Virus record (IMG/VR): IMGVR_UViG_3300021168_000013
Length of the DNA stretch: 64,000 nucleotides
DNA from: a virus
Strand: one strand, 5' to 3'
Shown here piece after piece: positions 38,558-47,903 of the stretch; within the stretch, counting starts at the first letter, position 1, and each line of letters begins with the position of its first letter. The position numbers and the translations under genes were made by a program. The notes under the pieces were generated by a model that had not been told where the DNA came from, ran no database searches, and saw nothing but the letters and a program-made list of their open reading frames with translations.

Positions 38558-39466
38558 TTAAAAGTCAAGCTTGTCTGGTTTTGCATCACAGTTTACTTTT
38601 TTATGTGGGCAATATGTGCAATTTTTCTTGTTCTTGCCCGGAATTTTTGGGTATTTACCATTTACATTATATTCGCCCTTCACTGTAAAACATTCATTGA
38701 TGAAATTGGAAAAACTGTTAAGTGTTTCAGCCACGGCAGCATGAGTATGCGTTGGTCTATATAATTGTATGTGACTTTGTGGAAAATCAACATTCTCATA
38801 GAGTTTTCTCTTTAAAATAAAGAACTCAACTTCGATGTCATTAAGAGGAACACCGAATTTCTTGGAATAGAAAGCCTTATACAACAATATTTGTTCATAG
38901 GTGGCAGGGTCTTCCTTCTTACTATCTCTCCAACCTAGCGTAGATGTTTTAAAATCGTATATCTTGATTTTTCCCGTTGATTTCTCTTTCAATATCAAAT
39001 CAACGTATGCCACAAACTCCACATTATTCCTGAGTTTAGCATCTAGTGGTAATTCAGTACCGATGAATTCATATTTGTTATTTGGAAAATGTTTGATTCT
39101 GGTAGATGTATTAAGAAATGCTCTTAGAATGTCTTCGGAGTTATAAAAGAATTCGGTATATTCATCATCGGTATATGTGAAGTTTTTGTTTTGTTCCTTC
39201 GATTTGATAAGTTCTTCGTCAAATTTCTCTTTAAATAACTTATTTAAGTTAAGAGCATCAGCAACCTCAAATGATTCCTTATACAATTTCTCAATATAGG
39301 TTTGTAAGGCATAATGTATAGCTGTCCCGAAACAAGTATTCAAGCTTGGATCATATATCCGTTTGCCTTCTAAATAATTAAGTCTCCATGCATTAGGACA
39401 TCGTGAATACATTGCGTATTGACTGAATGATACCCTTTTCTTTCTTGTTTCGGATGTTTGTTCCAT
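38558..39466 (-). CDS. PD-(D/E)XK nuclease (RecB/Cas4-like)
   Basis: SFSQY..Y..CP, FGTAIH, VDL, IYDFKT, Q..LY, C-terminal CTYCP. Confidence 0.85.
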   Translation of the reverse strand: MEQTSETRKKRVSFSQYAMYSRCPNAWRLNYLEGKRIYDPSLNTCFGTAIHYALQTYIEKLYKESFEVADALNLNKLFKEKFDEELIKSKEQNKNFTYTDDEYTEFFYNSEDILRAFLNTSTRIKHFPNNKYEFIGTELPLDAKLRNNVEFVAYVDLILKEKSTGKIKIYDFKTSTLGWRDSKKEDPATYEQILLYKAFYSKKFGVPLNDIEVEFFILKRKLYENVDFPQSHIQLYRPTHTHAAVAETLNSFSNFINECFTVKGEYNVNGKYPKIPGKNKKNCTYCPHKKVNCDAKPDKLDF

Positions 39467-39474
39467 ATTTATAC

Positions 39475-39503
39475 ATACTAACATATATTACCATGAAAAT
39501 CAA
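39475..39503 (-). promoter_or_regulatory. sigma70-type promoter, near-leaderless
   Basis: Minus strand TTGATT-17-TAGTAT with TGn, 8 nt before ATG 39466. Confidence 0.6.
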
Positions 39504-40248
39504 TATATTATATTACCTTATAGTTTCGTTATCTCTATGCCTTAGTGTACATTCCCAACAATTTGGGTTTATTGATAGTAAAGGAAATCCCAACCTTGAA
39601 AATATAATAAACAACTCATTATCTGAGTCTCCTGTTCTAATCGGTAAGACATACAGTGTCAATCAAAACAATTATAATCTATCTACCAGCAATGATGTGG
39701 TGACACTCAAATTGTCATGTGATACCACAATCAAATTAAATAATAACACATCTTTAAATTTCGATTCTTTTGATCAATTCACTATCATTACACCTTACCC
39801 ACAACAAACTCAATATAATGATTTTAATTGTAATTTATCATTATTAAATGGTGAAATTGAGATAATTAATGAATCTGTCACCAATGGACTTTATATAAAC
39901 ACTGAATTAGCCTGTATAATCCTTGGTGATGGTAGATTTGTTATAAAAAGTGACGGACACAGTAGCACATTTATTATAATTCAAGGCAATGCCACTATAA
40001 TGGATAACATGGGGAAGAAATTATACAAAGTCAAGGATAAAGATATTATTACAGTGACACCACGACCAATTTTATCAGGTAAAGCGGAGAATTCCATGAA
40101 AAAGCAGAATATTGTGACTACATCCATTTTAGATGATATGGATGATGGAGTATTAGTGAATGAATTTAATATTTTGAATGTAGCACAACATCAATACATC
40201 TTTATAACAATTGATGGAATGAATAGGTTTGTTAAACTTAGAAATTAA
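39493..40248 (+). CDS. Exported FecR-domain-like protein
   Basis: Signal-peptide-like MKINILYYLIVSLSLCLSVHS; IKLNNNTSL, LLNGE, TE.A.I...G.F.I, IIQG.A FecR pattern; ATATTTAT at 39465. Confidence 0.6.
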   Translation: MKINILYYLIVSLSLCLSVHSQQFGFIDSKGNPNLENIINNSLSESPVLIGKTYSVNQNNYNLSTSNDVVTLKLSCDTTIKLNNNTSLNFDSFDQFTIITPYPQQTQYNDFNCNLSLLNGEIEIINESVTNGLYINTELACIILGDGRFVIKSDGHSSTFIIIQGNATIMDNMGKKLYKVKDKDIITVTPRPILSGKAENSMKKQNIVTTSILDDMDDGVLVNEFNILNVAQHQYIFITIDGMNRFVKLRN

Positions 40249-40519
40249 ACTGTAATTGGTTATCACCATCGTCATCAACGTAATCACTCCATGTCATTCT
40301 TAATGATGTTGGATCAATTTTCACATATTGAATGGCGTCATTTCTATGAAAATCTCCAAATGATGGCCCCCACGATTGATGGAATGTGTATTTCCTGCCG
40401 TCTTTTACAATATTTATAATAACGGAAACATTACTACATGCATCACGATAATCAACGTGTTCCGTGTAGTGATTAAGTTTACCGCTTTTACAGAATTTTA
40501 TAAGTTCTTTTGGACTCAT
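40238..40519 (-). CDS. Hypothetical protein
   Basis: 93-aa ORF coupled to the upstream minus-strand ORF. Confidence 0.5.
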   Translation of the reverse strand: MSPKELIKFCKSGKLNHYTEHVDYRDACSNVSVIINIVKDGRKYTFHQSWGPSFGDFHRNDAIQYVKIDPTSLRMTWSDYVDDDGDNQLQFNF

Positions 40520-40692
40520 GGTTGTACCGCTGTATTTTGCTCATCAATAATGGCTTTGATCTCACTTTCGATGTCTTTAATTTCTTCGTTGTACGTATCA
40601 TTAGCCTCTTTCTTCTGTCTCTTGATTTCCAAGAGTTGTTCTTGCAATTTATAGGTTTTTTGTTCGGCTTGGGTTCTTGTAAGTGCTGGCAT
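40516..40692 (-). CDS. Small coiled-coil protein (not in ORF track)
   Basis: Hand translation MPALTRTQAEQKTYKLQEQLLEIKRQKKEANDTYNEEIKDIESEIKAIIDEQNTAVQP (58 aa); TGA overlaps next ATG. Confidence 0.6.
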   Translation of the reverse strand: MPALTRTQAEQKTYKLQEQLLEIKRQKKEANDTYNEEIKDIESEIKAIIDEQNTAVQP

Positions 40693-40717
40693 AAGTTTAT
40701 TATTAATATATTATATC

Positions 40718-40746
40718 TTTACAAAACGTGAGTTTTGGTTTACAAT
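40718..40746 (+). promoter_or_regulatory. sigma70-type promoter for polB, leaderless configuration
   Basis: TTTACA-17-TACAAT, 7 nt before ATG 40754. Confidence 0.65.
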
Positions 40747-40753
40747 ATATAGT

Positions 40754-43363
40754 ATGTATAAATCGATTTATTACGATAAACTTAAAGGTCTTTTGCATCT
40801 TTGGGATGATGAGCTTGGATATGTCTGTAGAAAATACAGAAACTATGCCTTCATGAAAAGTGAATTCGGAAAATTCCAAACACTACATGGTGAAAAAGTT
40901 GATAAGATATATGATTTTAAATATGGTGACTACAATACATACGAATCCGATCTTACGGCTGAGACAAAAATTCTTGTAGATTTATATAGGGATCAAGATG
41001 ATCCTCCAAAAAATTTAAAAACGATAATAATCGATATCGAAACAGACACCACAGGAGGAAATCCAGATGTCAACATATTCAATAAAGAGATTACGGCTTT
41101 TTCTTATTATGAGAGGATGACCAATTTATATAAGTGTTTACTTTTAGATAAAGATGGTCAAGTTGATGGATATACAAAAGATAATACGGAAGTAATTACT
41201 TTTTCCGATGAAGAATCGCTGTTGAATGGTATATTGACCGTTTTTGAACAAATACGGCCAGATATCGTAACAGGTTGGAACATTTGTTATAACGGATATT
41301 ATGGTGATGGTGGAGGATTCGACATAAGATACATTTATGGTAGAATATGTAAGATACTTGGGGTTAATCAAGCAAATCGTTTGTCTGAAATCGGAAAATG
41401 TTATGTAAAAGAGCGAGATAAAACGGTTGTTATTGCGGGTGTAAACACATTAGACTATTTGTTATTATATAAGAAGTTTCGATTTGAACCTAGACAGAAT
41501 TATACATTGGATCACATTGGCACAGTTGAATTTGGTCAAGGTAAAATTAAATACGAGGGATCATTGCATAAATTATACAAAGAAGATATAAAAAAGTTCA
41601 TTGAATATAACCTTTGTGACGTTGAGATCGTAAAAAAATTGGATGATCAGTTTAAATTCTTGGATTTGGCCGTTGGTGTAACTTCCATTGGGCATGTTCC
41701 ATTTGAATGGTTTCATATGTCATCCAGATTCATTGAAGGGGCTATTATAACATATATGCGCAGAAATGGTAACATTGTTGCCCCAAATAAACCCATTGCA
41801 ATTGATGATGAAGTAGAAGAACAAGCAATGGCTCATTATAACAAACTAATGAAAGAAAAAGGTGAGGAAGAGGAAGATGATGACGACAGTTTCGTTGGTG
41901 CGTATGTAAAAAATCCTGTTCCACAATTATATTCATGGGTTTTCTCTGTTGATATAAATTCCCTATATCCGTCCACCATTAGGACACTAAACATTAGTCC
42001 TGAAACGTATATTGGGAGAATAGCTGACTGGAGTGTGGAAAATTATGTCGGCAATAAACTCACCGAAGTAAAAATAGCTGGCGAGACTTATTCAGTAGAC
42101 GAATTTAAAAATTTCATTAATACTGAACAGATAAATGTTTCATCCATTGGTGCTATGTATGACGGAAAGAAAGCGGGAATCATACCAACAATATTGGATA
42201 TGTGGTTTACTCAGCGTATTGAGTTCCAAGACTTAATGAAAAAGTATGGCAAAGAGGGAAACAAAGAAAAAGAGGAATATTATTCTCGCCGACAACACGT
42301 TCAGAAGATTTTCTTGAATTCTGTATATGGTATCTTGGGATTAAACAGTAGCAGATTCTATAGTAAGGATAATGCCGAATCAACAACTCTTACGGGGCAG
42401 ACAATCATCAAAACTTCCGAAAAAATAGTGATTGAATACTTTAAGGAGAAATATAACAAGTATAACAAGACTATTGATAATGTTGATAACGTTGTTCAGT
42501 ATATTGATACGGACAGTTTGTATGTATCCGTTGCCGCCCTTGGTGCCTTGGAAGGTATTAAGGAAGAGGATATGAAAGAATACACCAAAAAGGTTTGTAG
42601 CGAGATTGTGGAACGATTAAATGCTTTTTATCCTACAATAACCAAGAAAATGTTTAATTCAGATAATAACAAGATCAAAATCGCCGCAGACACAATAAAT
42701 TCCACGGCATTATGGAAAAAGAAGAAAGCGTATGCTCTAAATCAAGTATATGACATGAGTAAGAATAAGGATGTCAGTAAAATGAAAGTTGTTGGATTGA
42801 GTAGCGTAAGATCAGACTTTCCACTCAAGTTTAAAACTTTCTATGAACAATTTTTGAAGGATATATTAAATAGACAAGGTTTAACTAATATAAATAAGAA
42901 GGTTCTTGAACTATGTGAGAATTTAAAGAATTGTACTATCGTGGAGTTGGCAAAGAATACATCTGTCAAGTTTTTTAGTGAGAAAAAGGGAATAAACTTC
43001 GATCCAAAGAAACGACAGAAGTTTGTTATTGAGGATGGAGCTACGGCACAATGTAAGGCAGCTTTGATGTATAATGATCTATTGGTTAAATTCAAATTGA
43101 ACACCAAGGTTGAACCAATCTACTCAGGACAGAAAATTAAGTATGTATATTTGGCTGATAATCCATATGGAATTGATGCGTTGGCTTTTAAAAACGATGG
43201 AACCGATCCAAAAGAGATAATGGACATAATCAATGAATATTGTGATAAAAACAGGATGTATACGTCTGTATTAGAGAATAAGATAGAGGATTTTTATAGA
43301 ATATTGGGTTGGCAAATGCCATCCTTGGTGGAAGCCAAAGCTAGTGAGTTTTTTGAATTTTAA
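40754..43363 (+). CDS. polB: Family B DNA polymerase (T4 gp43-like)
   Basis: Exo DIETD, GWN..FD, YNLCD; pol DINSLYPS, KIFLNSVYG, YIDTDS, KKKAY. Confidence 0.97.
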   Translation: MYKSIYYDKLKGLLHLWDDELGYVCRKYRNYAFMKSEFGKFQTLHGEKVDKIYDFKYGDYNTYESDLTAETKILVDLYRDQDDPPKNLKTIIIDIETDTTGGNPDVNIFNKEITAFSYYERMTNLYKCLLLDKDGQVDGYTKDNTEVITFSDEESLLNGILTVFEQIRPDIVTGWNICYNGYYGDGGGFDIRYIYGRICKILGVNQANRLSEIGKCYVKERDKTVVIAGVNTLDYLLLYKKFRFEPRQNYTLDHIGTVEFGQGKIKYEGSLHKLYKEDIKKFIEYNLCDVEIVKKLDDQFKFLDLAVGVTSIGHVPFEWFHMSSRFIEGAIITYMRRNGNIVAPNKPIAIDDEVEEQAMAHYNKLMKEKGEEEEDDDDSFVGAYVKNPVPQLYSWVFSVDINSLYPSTIRTLNISPETYIGRIADWSVENYVGNKLTEVKIAGETYSVDEFKNFINTEQINVSSIGAMYDGKKAGIIPTILDMWFTQRIEFQDLMKKYGKEGNKEKEEYYSRRQHVQKIFLNSVYGILGLNSSRFYSKDNAESTTLTGQTIIKTSEKIVIEYFKEKYNKYNKTIDNVDNVVQYIDTDSLYVSVAALGALEGIKEEDMKEYTKKVCSEIVERLNAFYPTITKKMFNSDNNKIKIAADTINSTALWKKKKAYALNQVYDMSKNKDVSKMKVVGLSSVRSDFPLKFKTFYEQFLKDILNRQGLTNINKKVLELCENLKNCTIVELAKNTSVKFFSEKKGINFDPKKRQKFVIEDGATAQCKAALMYNDLLVKFKLNTKVEPIYSGQKIKYVYLADNPYGIDALAFKNDGTDPKEIMDIINEYCDKNRMYTSVLENKIEDFYRILGWQMPSLVEAKASEFFEF

Positions 43364-43366
43364 AAT

Positions 43367-43630
43367 ATGAGAAAAGGAACATACATTTGTAGAAAACATA
43401 ACAAGACTGCTAGGGGAGGTTTACATACACCACTTTGTCCCATATGTCGAGAGGAAATGGAAGGATTGGGGTTTAAGCAACGTATTGGACATTGTGGGCA
43501 GTTCGATAAGGTTGAGAGAAAAACACGCAATCTTGATGGACAAAGAGAAGTTATGTCAAGCAGAGTAAGAAAGCTTAAACGGCAGGAATTAATGGAGCAA
43601 TTTAAGAAAAGACAGAATTTTAGTATATAA
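43367..43630 (+). CDS. Small basic Zn-finger-like protein
   Basis: CxxH...CPIC; 87 aa immediately after polB. Confidence 0.5.
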   Translation: MRKGTYICRKHNKTARGGLHTPLCPICREEMEGLGFKQRIGHCGQFDKVERKTRNLDGQREVMSSRVRKLKRQELMEQFKKRQNFSI

Positions 43631-43634
43631 TAAC

Positions 43635-43662
43635 TAGACAATCATATAAAGTGTGTTATACT
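43635..43662 (+). promoter_or_regulatory. sigma70-type promoter for histone-clamp unit
   Basis: TAGACA-16-TATACT with TGn; AAGGA SD-like sequence 9 nt before ATG 43703. Confidence 0.65.
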
Positions 43663-43702
43663 AATTGAGTATTAGACAGTTATAAACTAAGGAAACTAAA
43701 AT

Positions 43703-43888
43703 ATGGAAACAAACTTAATAAATCGTAGTGCAGTAAAGAAGTTGGCATTAAAATATGCCACGGAAGCAAATAAACCCCAACTAACTCGTGTCAGTGCTGA
43801 ATTTGCTGTTAGAGCCAACGCCGCATTGAATGCATGGATTCGTAATGAAGTAAATGGTCACCCGACTGACGGTAAGACCATTAGGTAA
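43703..43888 (+). CDS. Histone-fold-like protein (bacterial/phage histone type)
   Basis: LINRSAVKKLA...RVSAEF...AAL..WI...DGKTI aligns by eye with short bacterial histones (alpha1, L1 RVS, alpha2, L2 KT); alpha3 absent. Confidence 0.65.
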   Translation: METNLINRSAVKKLALKYATEANKPQLTRVSAEFAVRANAALNAWIRNEVNGHPTDGKTIR

Positions 43889-43889
43889 T

Positions 43890-44633
43890 ATGAATAAAGT
43901 GTTGTTAGACACATTTATCAAAAAATACACTCTCGGTGGAAACGTTGAAAGTGTAAAAATGGTTGTTGATGATGTTGGTAAGACATTAAAGACATCAGCG
44001 ATTACCGATGACAAATCGGTATTAATAAATGTAGCATTGTCTGACTTTACAGCGACAAACTCCATATTATTTGGTGTATATAACACAACACAGCTAAAAC
44101 AGATGGTAAGTGTGTTGGGTGATGAAATTAATATTAGACCAAATATTAATGCCACCAATAATAAAGTAACGTCGTTGGTTTTCTATGACGATTCTACCGA
44201 AATCCAATATGTAACGGCGGATTTGGATGTTATTCCCTCCGCTCCAAACATTAAAAAAATCCCACAGTTCAATCTTGAGATTGATTTTAAAGAATCGTTT
44301 ATTACCAAGTTCATTAGAGCTAAAAATGCTTTGAGTGATATCGATAACTTCACGTTATTGATGAATAAGAAGAATAAATTAGAATTGGTGATTGGACATA
44401 GCAAACTTAACAGAAATCGAATAACATTGGATGTTATCACGAAGGTCGGACTAAATACGGTGGCTAAACCTATCAGTTTTAGTGCTAAATACTTAAAAGA
44501 AATATTTAACAGTAATAATGATTGCGATGATGCTGTATTGAAGGTTAGTGATGATGGATTAGCGTTCATATCATTTACCAAGGATAATTTTACATCAAGT
44601 TATTATTTGGTGGAAATTAAAAATGTTGACTAA
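43890..44633 (+). CDS. Sliding clamp (gp45/PCNA-like)
   Basis: About 247 aa; FIKKYTLGGNVESV, FGVYNTTQL, SFSAKYLKEI, SSYYLV; upstream of the clamp loader. Confidence 0.8.
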   Translation: MNKVLLDTFIKKYTLGGNVESVKMVVDDVGKTLKTSAITDDKSVLINVALSDFTATNSILFGVYNTTQLKQMVSVLGDEINIRPNINATNNKVTSLVFYDDSTEIQYVTADLDVIPSAPNIKKIPQFNLEIDFKESFITKFIRAKNALSDIDNFTLLMNKKNKLELVIGHSKLNRNRITLDVITKVGLNTVAKPISFSAKYLKEIFNSNNDCDDAVLKVSDDGLAFISFTKDNFTSSYYLVEIKNVD

Positions 44634-44670
44634 CTGGAGAAAAAGCAAAACCTACAAAATATTCAACATT

Positions 44671-44698
44671 CCCCGTATGCTGTTCATACGGGGTTTTT
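44671..44698 (+). terminator. Intrinsic terminator
   Basis: CCCCGTATG-CTGTT-CATACGGGG followed by TTTTT. Confidence 0.85.
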
Positions 44699-44706
44699 AT
44701 TTAGTA

Positions 44707-44735
44707 TTGACTTTTATCTTTTTATAACGTAAACT
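44707..44735 (+). promoter_or_regulatory. sigma70-type promoter, leaderless configuration
   Basis: TTGACT-17-TAAACT, 6 nt before ATG 44742. Confidence 0.65.
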
Positions 44736-44741
44736 ATTCGT

Positions 44742-45683
44742 ATGAACGATTTTATCGAATTTGAAACAGTACCAGAGAAAGAACATTTTATATTGGCCGA
44801 AAAATATCGCCCAACAAAAATTGAAGATTATATTGGTAATGATCAGTTTAAAAATGAATTGAAACGCATTTTGGAGACGGGTCAATTACCACATTTGATG
44901 TTACACGGCAGTTCTCCCGGAACAGGTAAGACTTCAGCGGCTAAATTGATAGTATCAAATATAAAATGTGATCATTTATATATTAATGCATCGGACACCA
45001 ACAGCGTGGATGATATTAGACTTAAAGTTAAGTCGTTTGCATCTACTATAGGATTCAGTGATCTTAAAGTTATCATTTTAGACGAAAGTGATTTCTTAAC
45101 GCCGCAAGCACAGGGAGCATTGCGTAATATCATCGAAACGTTCAGTGCCACCACCAGATTCATCTTTACATGTAACTATCTTGAAAAAATTACATCACCG
45201 ATCCTATCTCGATGCCAAGTATTTGAAATTATACCCCCAAGTAAGAAAGAAATCGCTGTACACATCAAAAATATTCTAGAAAAGGAAACTATCAAGTTCG
45301 TGCCAGAAGATTTGGGTTATATAGTTAACACTTACTATCCAGATATTAGAAAGATGCTTAATTTTGCACAACAGAGCACAGTAAACAAAGTATTGACTAT
45401 ATACAAGAAAGATAATGTTGTATCCGATTTAAAAAACAAAATCATAGAGTTGATTAAGAAGTGTGCCTTTATGGAGATTAGACAACTCATAGCTGATAAT
45501 AATGTTAGATGCTATGAAGAGCTATATCAATGTTTATATGATAAAGTGGGAGAATATGCCCCGAAGAATCCAGCTATTGTTATATTAATAATAGCTGAAT
45601 ATATGTATCAAAGCAATTTGGTAGTTAACAAGGAAATAACGTTCGCTGCGTGTATAGCAAAGATTATAGAAGAATTGAAATAA
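44742..45683 (+). CDS. Clamp loader large subunit (gp44/RFC)
   Basis: EKYRP, PHLMLHGSSPGTGKT, INASD, ILDESDFL, SRC, PDIRK. Confidence 0.95.
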   Translation: MNDFIEFETVPEKEHFILAEKYRPTKIEDYIGNDQFKNELKRILETGQLPHLMLHGSSPGTGKTSAAKLIVSNIKCDHLYINASDTNSVDDIRLKVKSFASTIGFSDLKVIILDESDFLTPQAQGALRNIIETFSATTRFIFTCNYLEKITSPILSRCQVFEIIPPSKKEIAVHIKNILEKETIKFVPEDLGYIVNTYYPDIRKMLNFAQQSTVNKVLTIYKKDNVVSDLKNKIIELIKKCAFMEIRQLIADNNVRCYEELYQCLYDKVGEYAPKNPAIVILIIAEYMYQSNLVVNKEITFAACIAKIIEELK

Positions 45684-45685
45684 CT

Positions 45686-47242
45686 ATGAGCCAAGATTAT
45701 AAAAAAGACTTCATATTATCCAAATATTGGGAATCATTAGAAACAAATTCGGATAATGGACTGCAATATAGGTGGACTAACAATAGTTCTACTATATACA
45801 TAACAAATAGTACAAATTATACATTCTTGAAGGTGCGGTTGTATAACGGGGTAGATGCTTTTAATAAACGTATATTGAATATACTAGTTGATGGTATATT
45901 GTACAAGTCTTATATCTTCACAGAGACAGCGGAATACATAGATGTCAAAATTGACATTAATGGAAAAAAATCTGTCACATTCTCAACCGATGATAGTTTC
46001 TGTCCGTCTAAATTAGATAAGCAGTCTAGGGACGTGCGTGTTTTAGGATTTAAAATATATGCTATCGTTATTGACAGTGACAATCACAAAGATGTATTAA
46101 TACCTATTAGAGATTTGACAACGGAAAGCGAAGAAGAATTTTTCGTTGATGTTGATAATTATAGTTATAATGTATCTAGAATTGCACTAAAAAATGATAG
46201 AGACACCATCATGTATATAGGACAATATGGAACATCTGGATATGCCACTGCTGCCAAGGGATATGTATATAGATATTTCATCAATAATTACGATATCAAA
46301 TGGGTTCCTTTGAGATTTGATGAAACTGAGTTAAGTAAGGATTGTCCATATAACTTAATTGCTGAATCGACCATAAATAAGAATTATGCTGAGTATGACA
46401 CATTCATATATCATACCACTCCTGATTTATGGGAGTCTTTGAATCATCAGTATAGCAATATCAACAAAAACAAGAAAATATTTGGTTATGCCGCATGGGA
46501 AACCAGCAAGTTGCCACCAAAATGGACGGAGTACATTAATGACAATGTTAATGAAGTGTGGTGTCCATCAAGTTACAATTATCATGTGTTTAAAGAGTCT
46601 GGAGTCACAATACCTATAAGCGTGGTGCCTCATGTATTCTTACAGAAGCCATTAATTGAAAAGAAGAACATTCAATTGATTAATATCAATGGACAACCCA
46701 TAACATCAGTAGAAGGGGTATACACATTCTATACTATAGGAGAATTTAATAATAGAAAGGGTATAGATGATATCATTAAAGTGTTTTGTAAGACATTTAC
46801 TAAAAATGACAAAGTCAGACTGTTGATTAAAACTCACTATAAGAATTATACACCGAATAACAAAAAATACTGCTTGGATAAGATAAGTGACCTCGTGAAA
46901 GATTATACCGATCTTCCTGAGATTCATTACTTGATTGACAACGCTAGTGAACGAGATATTTTGGCCTTACATAGTTTAGGCGACTGTTATGTTAGTCTAA
47001 CTAAATCTGAAGGGTTTGGTATACCTATATTTGATGCGTTCAATTACAGAAAACCAATAATTGTTACGGGGTATGGTGGTCATATGGATTTCCTTGGTAA
47101 AACCTATAAAGGGTTGGTAGATTTTAAGATGGATTATATTAAAGACATGGAGAGTTTTTCCACTAATTATAGTAATGACACAGTTTGGGCATATCCGAAT
47201 TTGGATACGGCTGGAGAATTAATGAAAAGTCATATAAAATAA
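45686..47242 (+). CDS. GT4 glycosyltransferase with N-terminal beta-sandwich domain
   Basis: N-domain YRWT...DVRVLG; GT4 SGYATAA, AWETS, SEGFGIPIFDA. Confidence 0.8.
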   Translation: MSQDYKKDFILSKYWESLETNSDNGLQYRWTNNSSTIYITNSTNYTFLKVRLYNGVDAFNKRILNILVDGILYKSYIFTETAEYIDVKIDINGKKSVTFSTDDSFCPSKLDKQSRDVRVLGFKIYAIVIDSDNHKDVLIPIRDLTTESEEEFFVDVDNYSYNVSRIALKNDRDTIMYIGQYGTSGYATAAKGYVYRYFINNYDIKWVPLRFDETELSKDCPYNLIAESTINKNYAEYDTFIYHTTPDLWESLNHQYSNINKNKKIFGYAAWETSKLPPKWTEYINDNVNEVWCPSSYNYHVFKESGVTIPISVVPHVFLQKPLIEKKNIQLININGQPITSVEGVYTFYTIGEFNNRKGIDDIIKVFCKTFTKNDKVRLLIKTHYKNYTPNNKKYCLDKISDLVKDYTDLPEIHYLIDNASERDILALHSLGDCYVSLTKSEGFGIPIFDAFNYRKPIIVTGYGGHMDFLGKTYKGLVDFKMDYIKDMESFSTNYSNDTVWAYPNLDTAGELMKSHIK

Positions 47243-47898
47243 TGTTTTATTATCACACATTTAAGGATTTAAATATACAAGGTATTTATGATCATGAACC
47301 TCTCTTGCAATATTATCATTTCCCCAATGATGAATTACTTAAGGGGAAAAAAGTATTAGATGTGGGATGTGCCTCCGGATTCTTTTCAAAATATTTTGCC
47401 GAGAGAGGTGCCAATGTAGTTGCCATTGATATTAATACTTCTGTTACTAATATGGTGAAGAATCAGACTAAATTGGAAATGGATATAGTGGAAGCAGATG
47501 TATTCAGTATTGATTCAATTGATACATTTGATATTGTATTTTGTGGATCATTATTGATGCATGTAATTTATCCAATGGAATTACTGAAGATCATAAATAA
47601 AGCTTTGAAGCCTAATGGATTATTCATATTATGTTCTGGTGGAATCGATTCGGTTGATCCCGTAATAAGAACCGAAAGATATTTAGGTAGGCAAAAATCG
47701 GCAATAGAGAAAGATGTTAATTCCGCGAATGAATCGTTGTGGTGGTTGTCTAAATCAGCGGGAGAAATAATGTTAAAGAACGTTGGATTTAATAATGTTA
47801 AGTATATGGATAGTTTCACCCTGACCTCAACGGAATTTGGTGTGAAAATAGGACATAACTTTTCAGCTTTACATCATGTTTGGCATTCTACGAAATAA
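47242..47898 (+). CDS. Class I SAM methyltransferase (CmoB/DUF1698-like)
   Basis: KKVLDVGCASG, VAID, FDIVFCGSLLMH..P; TAATG overlap with upstream stop. Confidence 0.85.
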   Translation: MFYYHTFKDLNIQGIYDHEPLLQYYHFPNDELLKGKKVLDVGCASGFFSKYFAERGANVVAIDINTSVTNMVKNQTKLEMDIVEADVFSIDSIDTFDIVFCGSLLMHVIYPMELLKIINKALKPNGLFILCSGGIDSVDPVIRTERYLGRQKSAIEKDVNSANESLWWLSKSAGEIMLKNVGFNNVKYMDSFTLTSTEFGVKIGHNFSALHHVWHSTK

Positions 47899-47903
47899 AA
47901 ATT

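Noticed and set aside
38558-39466. Cas4 of a phage CRISPR system
   Set aside because: No cas1/cas2 or array nearby; stand-alone PD-(D/E)XK nucleases are routine in phage replication regions.
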